A stretch of 64,000 nt of DNA from the human T2T-CHM13v2.0 reference genome, Homo sapiens: assembly GCF_009914755.1 (NCBI RefSeq), contig NC_060934.1. One strand, written 5' to 3'. A program made the translations under genes and the position numbers. Positions 24,380 to 38,053 of this stretch are shown piece by piece (positions within the stretch are counted from its first letter, which is position 1; every line of letters starts with the position of its first letter). The notes beneath the pieces were generated by a model. The model searched no databases. It saw nothing but the letters and a program-made list of their open reading frames with translations, and was not told where the DNA came from.

Positions 24380-24700
24380 TTTTGCACTTGCAGGCAGAGC
24401 TCTTGCCCTGCCCGTCATGGCTTCTACTTCCGGCCTCAGCTCATCCTTTCTGGATGAGAGGATGAGACCATCAACCATCCCACCCTTCACTTTCATAAAG
24501 CTCTTTGTTTTCTTCCTAATATTTATCTTGATCTGAATGTTTGTTGCCATTTGCTTAGCGTTTATTGTCTGTCTTCTTCTCCCCAAAATGTAAGTTCCAT
24601 GAGAATGGGGACCTTGTGTTTTTGTTCTCTGCAGGTGCCCAACACCTTGATCAGTGCCTGCTTTGTAGTAGGCATTCAAATACTGTGGACTGGATGAATG
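24380..24700 (+). mobile_element. L2 LINE 3' end
   Basis: TGTAAGTTCCATGAGAATGGGGACCTTGTG...AGTAGGCATTCAAATA...GATGAATG. Confidence 0.8.
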
Positions 24701-25654
24701 GAGTCACTTCCCTTCCAACCTGCACACCAACGTGGTTGAACTGCCTCCTTTCTAAGTGCCAAAGTCTGTTTTACAAGGCTGTAAGTGAAATCACTGACAT
24801 GGAAATTATATTTTCAAAATTAAAGGAACAATTTTCTAAAGAAATCTAGGTTCTCAAGAAGGATGCCAGACAACTGGAGACTTTTCTCTATGTCAGCATC
24901 TTTCTACCCTGACAAGTTCTGACTGTGGGCTGGAGCCAGCTTCTGTGAACTCTCTCCACAGCTCCCTCTTCCTGAGGATGGGGCTTGAGGGATGGTACAG
25001 GGGCCTTTGGGATTCCTCTTCAGGTGAGGGCTGTGCTGGCTGTGGCACAGCTGGGCCCTAGGAACCCTCTAGACCTCCACCCACAGTGTAGCAATGCCTG
25101 CTTTATCTGCCCTTCGATGCGCCCTTCCCACTCCAGTGACTGCGTCATGTGGCACTGGCCTTTGTCCTTAACCTCCTTGGTCAGAGCTTTTCTGTTCCTT
25201 TGACTGCCCCTCTGTGGCTTGGCGTTAGTCACAGATTCACACCTGCTTTTTCTTCTCCCCAGAGCCAGCTGCTTTAGACTGGCTCCTGCTAGGCTTGCCA
25301 GGCGGAATGAGGGAGTCTGAGGGGCTGGGTGGGGCTGAGATGACTCAACTGGCCAGGGTCATTGTGTCTCAGTGCCCCGGCTGGAGCCAGGGGCGGAGTA
25401 TTTCCAAAACTGGCCTGCCTCCTGTCTCATGCTATTTATTTACTCAGTGAGATCATTATAAACAATGAGTATCTGGGCCACAGTGACCATCCTTGGTGGC
25501 AATTCCCATCCCAGGGTCCTATCTTTGGGATAGAATTTGGAGAGGATCTCTTGCTATCCAGAGAACAAGAAATATAAATACTCAACTCATTCATGTATCC
25601 AAAAGCAGCTGCTTAGCACCATTGGGCACAGTGGCGGGTGCTGGGGACACAGAT

Positions 25655-26900
25655 ACAATAATAGCTAACACTTGTTTAGCACTTCCCATGTGCCAGGAAC
25701 TGTTCTAGGTGCTTCATGTGTGTTACATGACTTCATACAATACTCACGAATAGGTTCTTTTATTGTCCCCTTCTTATAGGAGGAAACTGAGGCTCAACAC
25801 AGAAACAGATCACATGGCCAGGAGGTTGCAGGATCTGGGCTTGGAACCAGGACCTACACTCCTAACCATTATGCTGCACTGCCCCTCTGTTTCAGTCCCC
25901 AAAAGGGATAGGACACAGCCTCAGCCCTCTTGGGGCACAAAGCCACAGAAGCAAACAGAGAAGGTGGGTGGGAGGGGGTAGCTCCCTGCATAGGAGATCA
26001 GTAGCGACATATTACGGCTCTTACTACATACCAGGCCCTGTTCTAACTGGTTGACACATACTGTTAGCTGTTGAAATCTTCGCAGCAACCCTAGGTGGTG
26101 GGGAGTAACATCACCCCCATTTTATAGGTGAGGCAGATCCTGCTGCTTGCCCATGATCGCGGGGCTAGAAACTGGCAGAGCTGGGACTTGAACTCGGAGA
26201 CCCTTTGCTCCAGGGTCCCTGCTGTTACCCTCATCCTGCATGAGGCCTCTGTCGGAGAGTCATGGTGCCCAAGTGCTGATGTGCAGGCAGCCCAGAGGGT
26301 GCTGAGTCTCTGATTGCTCAGGTGTTACGAAAAACACCCTGTGCTTAGAGTTCGAAGACCTGGCTTAGAGCCCCAGAGCTGCTGCTTCCTAACTGAAACC
26401 CTTGGGGAATCTCCATTTCCTTGTTTGTAAACGGGGGTAATGAGGTCAGCTCTACCTGCCCCCCAGGGCCACCGTGAATGAGGATTAAAGAAGATAATAT
26501 ACAGGGAAGCGCTCTGTGAAGTGCAAACTGCTGACCTCAGAAACACTCAGTTCCATGGCTCTGGTCCATGCTGGGCCCACCTCAAAGTTCATGCCCTCTA
26601 GTTCAGGATGCATGGCCCATGGAAAATGAAGAAGTGATTTTAAAAAATTGCAAAACAGCTATAAAAATAAGACAGTGAGATGTCTCATTTGATGATGCAG
26701 ATTATTAGAGAATTAAATCTGTTACTTTAAAAAAAAATCTTTTTCTAGAAGGATTGGATTCAAAGGCACCTGGGTCAACACTTGCAGATGCCTGCAGGCC
26801 AGGCCTGGTGCTGGTGCTTTATGTGGTCAACCCCAGTGGGCCTTCTGCAGCCCTGGGAGTCGAGACTGAAATTGCATCCATTTTATGGGCCAAGACATTG
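25655..26900. mobile_element. Cluster of about four MIR fragments in both orientations
   Basis: GAGGAAACTGAGGCTCA, CCCCCATTTTATAGGTGAGG, TTTCCTTGTTTGTAAACGGGG, CCATTTTATGGG motifs. Confidence 0.7.
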
Positions 26901-27076
26901 AAAGGTGAAAGAACTGGAGCTAATGAACAGAGGAGCTGGTCTCTGAACCAAGTGCAGCTGACTCCAATCCCCGCAGCTTTGTTGCAGCTCTGCAGAATCC
27001 TCACACCAGCTTGGGGAGAAGGCTGCCTTTCTCTTCTGCTTCAGAACTTTCCGCTTTAGCTGCACATATATCTTGA

Positions 27077-27443
<367 letters not shown>

Positions 27444-28129
27444 CAGCCCTCCCTATTCTTAGGGCATCTACCACCCACATAATACCCCTGTTGAGTGTCT
27501 GGCGGCCAATTCCACAACCTGTCCACCTACCCAGCAGCTCGCTGCTTTTGTGTTAAAGGCTTGTGGTCAACACCCTGGACTTGAGCAAGGTGCAAGGCAA
27601 GGGAACACGCTCCGTCCCAGGTGCTCGCTGTGGGCCTGGACCTCCCCCAGTGTGAGCAACACCTTGGAGGGCCAGGATGCATGTGTTCGAGAGGCGGTGT
27701 AGCCTTGGGTTTCTCTCCACATTCACATCAGACCTGCCTCTGGCCCCAGGGGCTGAATTTATTTTGGCTTAAATGACAGGGTGGTCCGAAATAGTAAAAA
27801 TACTCCCTTCATGAAGCCACTGGGTGAATCTAGTAAGGTTGTGAAGGGGATGTCAGCTGCCTCTGGGATTGTGGTGCCACTCTAAATGGGCTGCTGGGCC
27901 CTGGCATGGTGCTCAGGTTACCGGTGACTTTACCGGGATGCCAATATGCCCTTGGGAGGGTTCCTGCCTTTAGACCATGACTTCCAAGGAGGCCGATTTA
28001 GGCTGTATGATGGGGCATGAGGACGACGAAGGTATGTTCACTGCTTGCTTTGAACTCATGGGTGACCAAGAGCAACTCCATGCTGAATGAGTGCAAGAAT
28101 GGGAATGAGGAGTCACTGGGGATGGAGGC

Positions 28130-28590
28130 CCCATTCCTTGCTTACTAGCTTGAGCAAATTATATTATTTCTCTATGCCTCAGTTTCCTCATCCATAAAGG
28201 TAAGGTCGTAACTGGATTGGGAGCAGTCAATTATGCAATATATAGAAAAGCATTTTGAATGGTGTTTGCCACAGAATAAGCAGGCAATAACTATTAGCTG
28301 ACCCCAAAATATCAGCTTGACATTATCTTCTCTATGCACATTTGCCTTCCCATTCAAAATACGTAACACACAACAGTCACAAAGTGGAATGCCTTTTCAA
28401 CTACATGTTGACAAGAGATGAGCCAGAAGTATATTCCTGGTTTCACCACTTACCACTGTGTGATCTCAGGTAGTGACCTAGTTTTCTGTGCTTCAGTTTC
28501 TTTATCTGTTAAATGGGTATAAAATTTAAAAAATCAATTACTGATAGGACTAAATAGTGTACATAAAGCAAATAATGCTTATCATTCTTC
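28130..28590 (+). mobile_element. Two MIR fragments
   Basis: GCCTCAGTTTCCTCATCCATAAA and GCTTCAGTTTCTTTATCTGTTAAATGGG. Confidence 0.75.
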
Positions 28591-28644
28591 TTCATCTCCT
28601 TGCCCTTTTAACATTTTTCCCTGTCCAAGCCCTTTTGAAAGACT

Positions 28645-29030
28645 GATGTGTTCTCCAAGCCAGTTTTCTTTCCTTTCTGGGTGCACAGGAAGACATTTCC
28701 CAACCTCCTTTGGAGTCAGAGCCCCATGTGACTGAGTTCTGGCCAATGGAATGTGGGCAGGGATAATATATGCTGCTTTCAGGCCTGGCCCCTAAAATTT
28801 CTTGTAAGATCCTTCTTGCTTGTTTTCTCCTCCATCTGGCAACTGACTGTCAATGCTCAGCAGGACCTTGGGAACTATGTGTCGAAGATGCCAGAGCCCC
28901 TGCCAGGAAAACCCTGCCCTTCATTGCCTGTTCCCTGCAGGCCTGCTTGGACTGGGACACTTTGTATGAAACCATTGAGACACACAGGGTATTTGTTATT
29001 GCAGCTAGCAGTAAGCCTGTCCTGACAACA
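28645..29030 (+). mobile_element. MLT1 (I-like) solo LTR
   Basis: CATTTCCCAACCTCCTTTG...CATGTGACTGAGTTCTGGCCAATGGAATGTGGGC...TTTGTTATTGCAGC. Confidence 0.8.
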
Positions 29031-30479
29031 ATGAATTTTATAGAACTTGTATCTAGTGTACACACCTACTTACATTCATTCAAGATTTTGCATGTATTTT
29101 AGAGTCTTCTTGGTTCCAGCCCTCTTAGGCCCTTACTGCCTTAAAAAGCAAGACTCAGCAGTTGTTATTGATGGTAGTGAGACAATTCCTGAGAGCAGCT
29201 TCCTGGCTTCAGGGTCTCCCTGCAACAGAGAGGTTCTGAAGACAGCCCCTTACCTAAGGAATTTTAGTGACAGCTGGCCTTTCAGGGCACAGGTCTCCTA
29301 CAAAGGCACCGCTAATCACATTGACACTCTCCTTTGTGCCGCAGTTGCCAAAGTGCTTGCTCTCAGCCTCATGGCACACCCAATACATTTGATGGATCAC
29401 AGGTTAGAGGATCAGGCAGACTGCAGCTCCTCCCAACTGAGCCCTTGAGACTCTGCTCCGGAGCCCCCTCCTCCCCATCCAGCCCTGCCCTGGTTCTGCC
29501 TTGGGTGAGATGGGCTCTCTCAGTGCTGCCTCCCCGTTCAATCCCACACTCCCCAGAGGCTGAAGCTGTGCTGTTATCATTCCCCTTGACTGCTGCAGGG
29601 TTGGGGTGCACGGCAGACATCATTTGTTTTGCGCAGAGTTGTTGATTTCAGGCATCAGGGACAATTCTGATGGTCTTCTGGAAAAATTAAATTCCTCAGC
29701 TTGAGTGAGGTTTAAGTTAATAAAAGATAATGTAACATATCGAATGCCTGTTCTGTTCCCGTCCCTTCTCTTAGTTTGTTACCACCCCCTCAATCCTATA
29801 AGGTGAGTTTTAAATAGCCTATGTTGTAGGTGAGGAAGAGGAGGTGTGAAGATGCCAGGCCCAGGGTCCCAGAGCTGAGGAGGCAAACAGCTTGGGTCAA
29901 TCCATTGGTCATAACGGCTAGCATTTCCTGGCCCTTAACGGTGTGCTGGGAGCAATGTATGTTAGGTGCTTTCAATGAGTTATTTCATTTCACTTTGATA
30001 ATTTCCTTATGGAGTGGGGACTTCTGTTACCACCATTTTGCAGGTGAGAAAAACAAGTTTTTGTAGGTCAGGAGATGTGGAGCCTAGATTCAAATTCAAA
30101 ATCCTCTGCCTTTAGAGCTTGCACTTTCACTCCCTTGGCACCTGCAATGCCTACTCCTGCCACTTGGAAAGTGCATCAAGGACCAAGTAGGTGCTCCTCT
30201 GGGGCGGGAACTTTTGGGTGGGAGCCCTCCTGCAGTCAGGGTGAACCAGCACCTACTGTGTACAAACGCTGGCCCGCAGCCCTGTGACAATGTGCAGGAT
30301 GCTCGACTGTCCCAAGCATTGGCATCCTGGTGGAGAGGGGGCTGTGTACCTCCATTTCCAGCCCAAATAAGTCAGTGCCATGGAAAGGAGGATACAGCTG
30401 TCCTCAAAGGAAAAAGAGGCCACAAGGGTAGGGGTGGAGATGGCTTCACCCAGAAAGTGGGATTGGGATGAGCCTTTTT

Positions 30480-30670
30480 TATTTGGATTTGAATCCCAGC
30501 TCTGTCACTTGTTAGTGGAATGACTTCGGGGAAGTTATCTAACCTCTGAGTCTCAGTTTTACCATCTATAAAATGGAGGTGATAAAAGTACCTACCTAAT
30601 AGGATGAGCAGGAGGATTAAATGAGTGAATTAACAAGTAAAGTGTGTGAAACACAGTAAGCTATATTATA
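30480..30670 (+). mobile_element. MIR SINE
   Basis: TTTGAATCCCAGCTCTGTCACTT...AACCTCTGAGTCTCAGTTTTACCATCTATAAAATGG. Confidence 0.85.
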
Positions 30671-30734
30671 TACTTCTTTACTCTTTCTAATTACCAAGGA
30701 CTTGTAGAATTTTAACAGGTGAAAAGAGAGGCAT

Positions 30735-31081
30735 TGTATTACTCCGTTTTTATGCTGCTGATAAAGACATACCTGAGAGTGGGAAGAAAAGGAGGTTTGA
30801 CTTACAGTCCCACTTGGCTGGGGAGGTCTCATAATCATGGCAGAGGGCAAAAGGCACTTCTTACATGGTGGCAGCAAGACAGAATGAGGAAGAAGCAAAA
30901 ACAGAAACCCCTGATAAACCCATGAGATCTCATGAGACTTATTCACTATCATGAGAATAGCATGGAAAACACTGGCCCCCATGATTCAGTTACCTCCCCT
31001 GGGTCCCTCGCACCACACTTGGGAATTCTGGGAGAGACAATTCAAGTTGAGATTTGGTGGGGACACAGCCAAACCATATCA
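30735..31081 (-). mobile_element. THE1 (C-like) solo LTR with perfect 5-bp TSD
   Basis: TGTATT...GGGGACACAGCCAAACCATATCA; GGCAT at 30730-30734 and 31082-31086. Confidence 0.95.
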
Positions 31082-31859
31082 GGCATAATGCACCAAGTGA
31101 ATGCCACAAGCAATTCTTCAGAGTTGAGAAAGCACAGGTGTGTTTTGAGAATAGTGAGCATCTCTCTCTGGCTGGTTTTTATTGGGAACAATAGAAAATG
31201 AGGCTAGAAAGAGAGGTCGGGCCAGGTTGAAGAGTGTATACTTAACAGGCAATTGGGAACCAATGAAGGTTTTTGAGCAGGGGAGTGTCGTGGCCAGAGC
31301 TGAGTTTTAGAAAAATCCTTCTGACTGCAAAGCATAAGGCAGATTGGAATGGGAGTAGTGGGAGAAGCCCAGGAGAATCCCATTGTCATTGACCAGGGGA
31401 GAAGATAGTGGGACCTGGCAGGACAGGGAGAGCATGAGCTGGCACACATGGCAGAGGGAGGTCCCCTGAATCTTGGTGGTCTGTGTGCTGTGTGGGGCTT
31501 GTGCTACCTATGCTATGTGCCTGGCCAAAGGCAGGCATGGCAGTGGTGCCCATCTCAGGTCCAAGTGAGTGACTGGGACCCACTGCAGGGCTTCCTCTTT
31601 GCAGGCCCAGGCCTGGAATGCAGTCCTTCTGGGCATGATGTCATCAATGGTAGCTTTGGGCCAAGAAAGAGACAAAGGTAGAGAAATAGGGGACCAGCTT
31701 CCATTTAGTCCTAAGAACTCAGGACACCTGGTATCCTCAGGGTGATAAAGCTCCCTGATGGCCCCCCCCCCCAAAAAAAAATAGGTTCCAGAAGACTCGG
31801 ATGGAAGGGAAAAGGAGGCAGACTGCTTTTGGGTTTTCATCTAGGTTTTTGAAAAGCAA

Positions 31860-32470
31860 AGCAGACAGGTGAAAGCCGCCTGTCTGAGGCGTGTTTTATC
31901 TTAACCTTTCCATGTAATCCTGAAAGCCCACCTAATCAATTGAAGATCATAAAATATTAGACTTAATGCTGCAAAGTGCTGCTTTTTAATTCACATAACA
32001 AGCTCCTAAATAATTCAAATAGCAAACAGACCCTGCAAGTCAATGGTGGGAGGCTGCTTGGATCAGCAGGAGAGTGTCAACACATGCCACATTTCCCAGA
32101 TCGACTCCATTTCAAGATCCCTATTAAGTTAATTGCCGGTTTCTGACAGCAGAGAGCATGCTGGGAGCACAGCACGCTTTATTAGCCTCCGTGGCATCTG
32201 GAGGCCTCAGCCATTTTGCCCCTACTTGCAGGCCCTAGGAGCAGCGTGGAAAAAAGTAAATCAAATTATGAGACAATAAATGCTTTTGGCAACACATGGG
32301 CATCAGATTCATTGGCGAATCCAAAAGCCTTCGAGTGTCAATTGTTGTTCTGTTAAATTTTTTACAACAACATCATCTATATGCTGCAACAGCCTCACAG
32401 GATGTCAGGAAGCAGTTCCATCATTTGGCACTGCATGGCTGATGCAGGTGAACGTTAATGGAAGTGAGGG
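31860..32470. promoter_or_regulatory. Candidate HOX/PBX/MEIS-type enhancer
   Basis: TE-free; GTAAATCA (32256), CAATAAA (32274), CTAATCAA, several TGACA/TGTCA. Confidence 0.45.
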
Positions 32471-32846
32471 GCCCCACCTACTGATGGAACCACTGGGTGA
32501 AGACAGCCTCTAAATAGAATGGGGGTTGGGGAGAACCTTTAAAGAGGCCCTCAATGATCCCAGAGTCCATGTTGCACATTCAGATTTGTAAGCAGATCTG
32601 CCTGGGTTTGGAAACCCAATGGAGACATGCGCAGGCTTCCAGAGTGGTCAGAGAGGGCCAGGGAAAGGCAGAATGAAGGCAAGCTCCCCAGCCTTCAGTT
32701 GGGGAGATGTGCTCACTATGAGGGTCCCAAGCAGAGCAGGCATCAAGGCATTGTTTCCATGGCTACCTGCTCTCTACTTGGTGGTCCTGGTATACACTGA
32801 GTTCAGAGTGGAATGGAGGCATTGTGGCAGCTTGGAGATCTACTAG

Positions 32847-33185
<339 letters not shown>

Positions 33186-33979
33186 CAATATGCACCTTTG
33201 ACACATGAGAAAATTCAGGCAAAGAGAGATTCTGTGACTGTCCCAGTGTCACACAGCCAGCCAGTGGCAGCTGGTTTTAGGACAAAACTATTCTGATACC
33301 TGGCCTAGCCATCTTCCCATATTTTGCCATTTTCTTTCAGGCCTCGAGATTATGGTACAGTGGTGACAACCTAGATAAAATCTGTCCTGGCTCAACCACT
33401 TGTTGTCTCTGTGTCCTTAATTTAAGGAAAAGATATATAACTTCACTGTCCCTCTACCTTATTGGCAAAATGAGGATGGCATTGCTTACCTGATGGATGC
33501 TTATGGAGAGGGTTAGATTAAATGACATGTATTAAATATCTAGTTCAGGACCTCAAGCATGGTAGCCAGGCACTCTGCCAAATTTCCTTCCCATCATCTG
33601 TGTGGGAGACTCTTAGAAGAGCAAATTTATTGTATTTCTAGATAACTCCGTTAGAAACCAATGGTCTCCCAATGTATTAGGTTTGCACATCTGAATTTTT
33701 ACAGGAAATTTTCATGAAGTAAAACAAACTACTCTCTCAAGTCTCCTCTTGACCCAGTCCTTAGATTAAGCCTCAGTGTCTGCAGAAAGGATGCTTTGTT
33801 CTGGATCAGGCCCTTAATACAATCGGAATACAAGAGGAAAGAACATTGGAAAATGATTAGCAGATTTGAGGAGGCTGGGGCTAAAACTTCCAGCAGGTCA
33901 AAGCGAGAGCAGGCAGATTGACTGTTTTGATCCTGGTTCTCCAGGCTGCCTGTATGCATGGAATTGCTGCACTTTGATG

Positions 33980-34540
33980 CTGGAAGGAACCTCAGAAATG
34001 TAGTCTGGCATCCTCATTTCATGGGTGGGGAAACTGAGGCTCAGAAGGAGTAGGTGACTTGTCTGGGGTCAAAGAGCTAGTTAGTGCAAAGTCAGTGACA
34101 GGAGCTGAGTCTCCTCCCTCCCATTTCTGTCCTTTTTCCAGTTCTCAGACAGTTTGGAACAGACCTTCCTGGCAGAAGAGCTGATTCCACCTTCCCTGGA
34201 AGACACAGGGCAATGCCTAAGCATTGCTACCTTCTGCATTTACAGAGAGGACATGCCATTGCCCCAAGACCTCTCTCTGAAAATAATTTTGTCAATTCAT
34301 AATGAATCTGTAATAATAACAGCTATCATTTTTAAGAACTGAATTCCAGGCATTTTACTTACATTATCCATGCAGCCCTTTGAGGTAGGTGTTACTATGA
34401 TTCCCATTTTACAGAGGATAAAACTGAGGCTTAAGGGTTAAGAGGCTTTTGCCCAAAGCCACACAGCTTGTAAGAATCAGAGGTAGGACTCTGGTTTCAT
34501 TTTGACTTATGCTCCTTTCCTGTGGCACCTATTTCTCTTA
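33980..34540 (-). mobile_element. Two MIR fragments
   Basis: GGGGAAACTGAGGCTCAGA; CCCATTTTACAGAGGATAAAACTGAGGCTTA. Confidence 0.8.
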
Positions 34541-34782
34541 GATTTCAGGCTTTGGCTGGAAGGAATGGAGGTCTCTAGAAGGTGAAATAGGGAGAGATGG
34601 GTCACTTACCCTGAGGTTTAGCACCAGCCAAGATGCATAGGTACTAGGACCCTCATCCTGCACCAGGACATTCTGCCCCCTTCCTCCCCATGCCCCGCTG
34701 TGTCTCTTGCTGAGAATGGACTGGTAGCCAGGGACCCAGAGCTCCTCTTTGACACAACCACCAGCCTCGAGTAAATAAGTGT

Positions 34783-35210
34783 GTATATTAGGATCAGGCT
34801 AAGCTGCACATAACAGAAACTCCAGGAAACAGTGGCTTAAATGCAGACAGACTTCCCCTCTGCATTGAAGAAGTCCTGGGTAGGCTGGTGTGGTGGCTTC
34901 GCAATCATCTGGGCCCAGGCTGTGTCTCTCCTCTTGCACTGCCATTCCCAACATATGGCTTTTGTCCTCAGTATTTCAGGATGCCTGCTGCAGCTCCAGC
35001 CATTGTGTCTGCATTCCAGGCAATGGGAAGGAGGAAGAGGGTAAAGCAAAAAGGACTTTCTCCAGTTGTGTTTTCTCTGTTTCAAAGAACCTTCCCAGAA
35101 GTCCTTCCCTACTAGCTTCTCATGTTTCATTGGCCAGAACTTCATCGTGTGGCCACACCTGGCTGTAGAAGGGGCTGGGCAGTAGAGTCTTTGACTGGAA
35201 ATATCACTGA
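34783..35210 (-). mobile_element. MLT1 (J/K-like) solo LTR
   Basis: GGCTAAGCTGCACATAACA...AGTGGCTTAAA...CATTGGCCAGAACTTCATCGTGTGGCCACACCTGGCTG. Confidence 0.75.
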
Positions 35211-37693
35211 CTGTAGAACAGAGGAGCTCTCGATGGCGGAAGAATGGGAGATCGGATCCTGGAGGAGCAGCGAGCAGGCTCTGCAATGCCAGATTCTGTG
35301 CCAGCTCTCTTACTTGCCAAAGTCTTGGTGATGGAGAATGGTGGTATTTTGAACCAGAGAAAACTCAGGTTTGATGAGTTTTGTAACACTCTGAGATCAT
35401 TGGAAACAGCCTGCGATGCCACAGGCTTACGGTGCTTTCAGGGCCATCTGTTCTGGAGGTGGCAACAATGATGAAATCAATAGCAATTCATACTGTCAGC
35501 GGCTTTCACCCCAGAATGTCCCCTTTCAAAATATAGATAAATTTTACTTCTCTGAATTTATTTTCCTGTTCATGACACATTTATCCTGCGAGTCTTCTGA
35601 GGCTGACTGGAGGATGGATTTCCTGTTCTGAGCTGCTCTCTGATGATGATTAGTCTATAGACACAAACACAGACACCACTGAGCCAGCACCATCCATACA
35701 CCAGCACTGTACCTGTGGCAAGGCATGTCACCCTCATAACAGTCTTGCAGGTTGAGGGATCATGATCCCATTTTACAAGTAAAAAGTGGAGGCTCAGAGA
35801 AGCTAAGTAACTTGCCCCAAATTGCACAGCTGATAAATTCCAGAGCTGGAGAGAATGCTTTCCAGCATACTGCACAACCCCTCAGTTCATTTACTGTCTT
35901 CACCCTCACCTCACATGGCTGACAATGGTCCCTTGTGACAACAGGGGCATTCCTGAGACCTCCAAGCATACACTTTCTTCTAAAGCCCTTTTCTTGCCTC
36001 CACCTCTTCCTTTCTTTTCCACTCTGGATCTTCCTCTAATCTTGGAAAGACCCCTGGAAAATTGTATCTTGAATGTAGCCTCATCCCCCGACTCCCTTGG
36101 CAGACTCAGGCCACCCATGCCTCCTTTCCAGGCCCTGCTGTGCCCATCTGGGCACCCAGTCCAGCCTCCCTTCCTGGGCGCCTTGACTCCCAACTGCAGA
36201 TGAAGTGTCTGGAAATCATGGTACTCAAGGTAGGATCCACATTGCCTGCCGGCCTAGGACCAAGATCTGCAAGTCAGAACGAAACACCAGCTGTCCCTGT
36301 CTCCTGCACCCATCCCCATCCCGGTGAGTGAAGACACAGAACCGAGGACGAACCCGGAAAGCCCTCTTCTCACAGCCCCAAGAGGCAGGAAGAGAAGTGT
36401 GTGTGCAGCGGAGGCCCTGTGGCCCGGCAGCGTCTCTCGGGTTTTGAGATACATAATCTAAATATATACTTTGAAAATTGAAAAGTGCTCACATATAGAA
36501 TGTGGCTGCGGGGAGAGGATGCTCTCTTTGAACATGTCTCTTTAAAGACAAAATTTGCAAAGTGTTTTCCTGCCCTTAAGGAGACACTTAAACATGGCAG
36601 AAGATGTAAAATGGAAATTGAAGTGTCTCTCCCAGGCCACCATACACGGATCAAACAGGCACGGTCTATTCTAAGCGTTCATTAATAGCTGGTCTCTGAG
36701 GGCCTGGGCAGCAGCCAGAGGATTTTACTCATTAAAAAGGTGGCAAGGTAGAGTTTTGTGCTTTCCCGGCTTGTCGCTGTGTAATCTTGGTGCTCAGACG
36801 TCGCCAGCAGGCCTCATATGAACGCCCCGAGATTGCTGGCATGGAGGACTTTTTTGCCGGGTTTGAAAGCGTCACCCCCTCATGGATGGGGCGAGAAGCC
36901 CTTGCTGTTTGTCAAGTAGATCTCTCTCTTCCTAGGCGGGCCCAGAACAGCATTATCTCAAGCTAAATGCAGAGAGAAAAGAGCTTTCACTTGTCAGCTA
37001 AGAAAAGATCGTCTGCGATTCCCAACGCAGCTCTGTGGTCATCTCGACAGCCCAGCAAACCACACAGAGCCACCAGGCTAGGCTTTGCGGGGAGGCCTGG
37101 GGTCCACAGATGGCCCTGCCAGGGACCAGACTCTTGGAGGCTTTGGCATCTCCACAGTGCCCACTGGCACGGGGGCCGCTGGCTTATTTAGAAGGGAGTC
37201 TCTGGCCCCATTTTCTACCCCCACTTTTTGTTTGTTCTCTCTTTTGATTCTTTCAATGTCTAGCATCAGCATTTTGTGAGTGGGGTGACATTGTCTTGTC
37301 ACCATAGATGCATTCACAGAGGCTGCAAGCAGTTTTCCCAGGCATCTTGAAGGCTGCCTCTTCACCCTCGAGCCTCCTGGTGGAGGCCAGGTGGAAGCCT
37401 CACTGGCCTCTAGGCTACGGTGCCTTTGTGTGCCCTGTTCATTCCTGCTCTGGACTTCTGCTATGGTTCTCCATGACTGCAGCCTCCCCCTCCTCTTCTC
37501 ATGGCCAGCTCAGATGCCGCCTCTTCTGAGAGGTCTTTCCAGCTGCTCCCCTGCCGGCTGCTCCCTGTTATCTTAGTTCAATTTGGAAAGATCTGGTTTA
37601 TTGATTGTGATTGTGGTCTCACTACACTGCAAGATGAGGGCCGAGAGGGCATGGACTTTCTTCACCTTGTTACCCTGCTTCCCCAGTGGTTAG

Positions 37694-38053
<360 letters not shown>

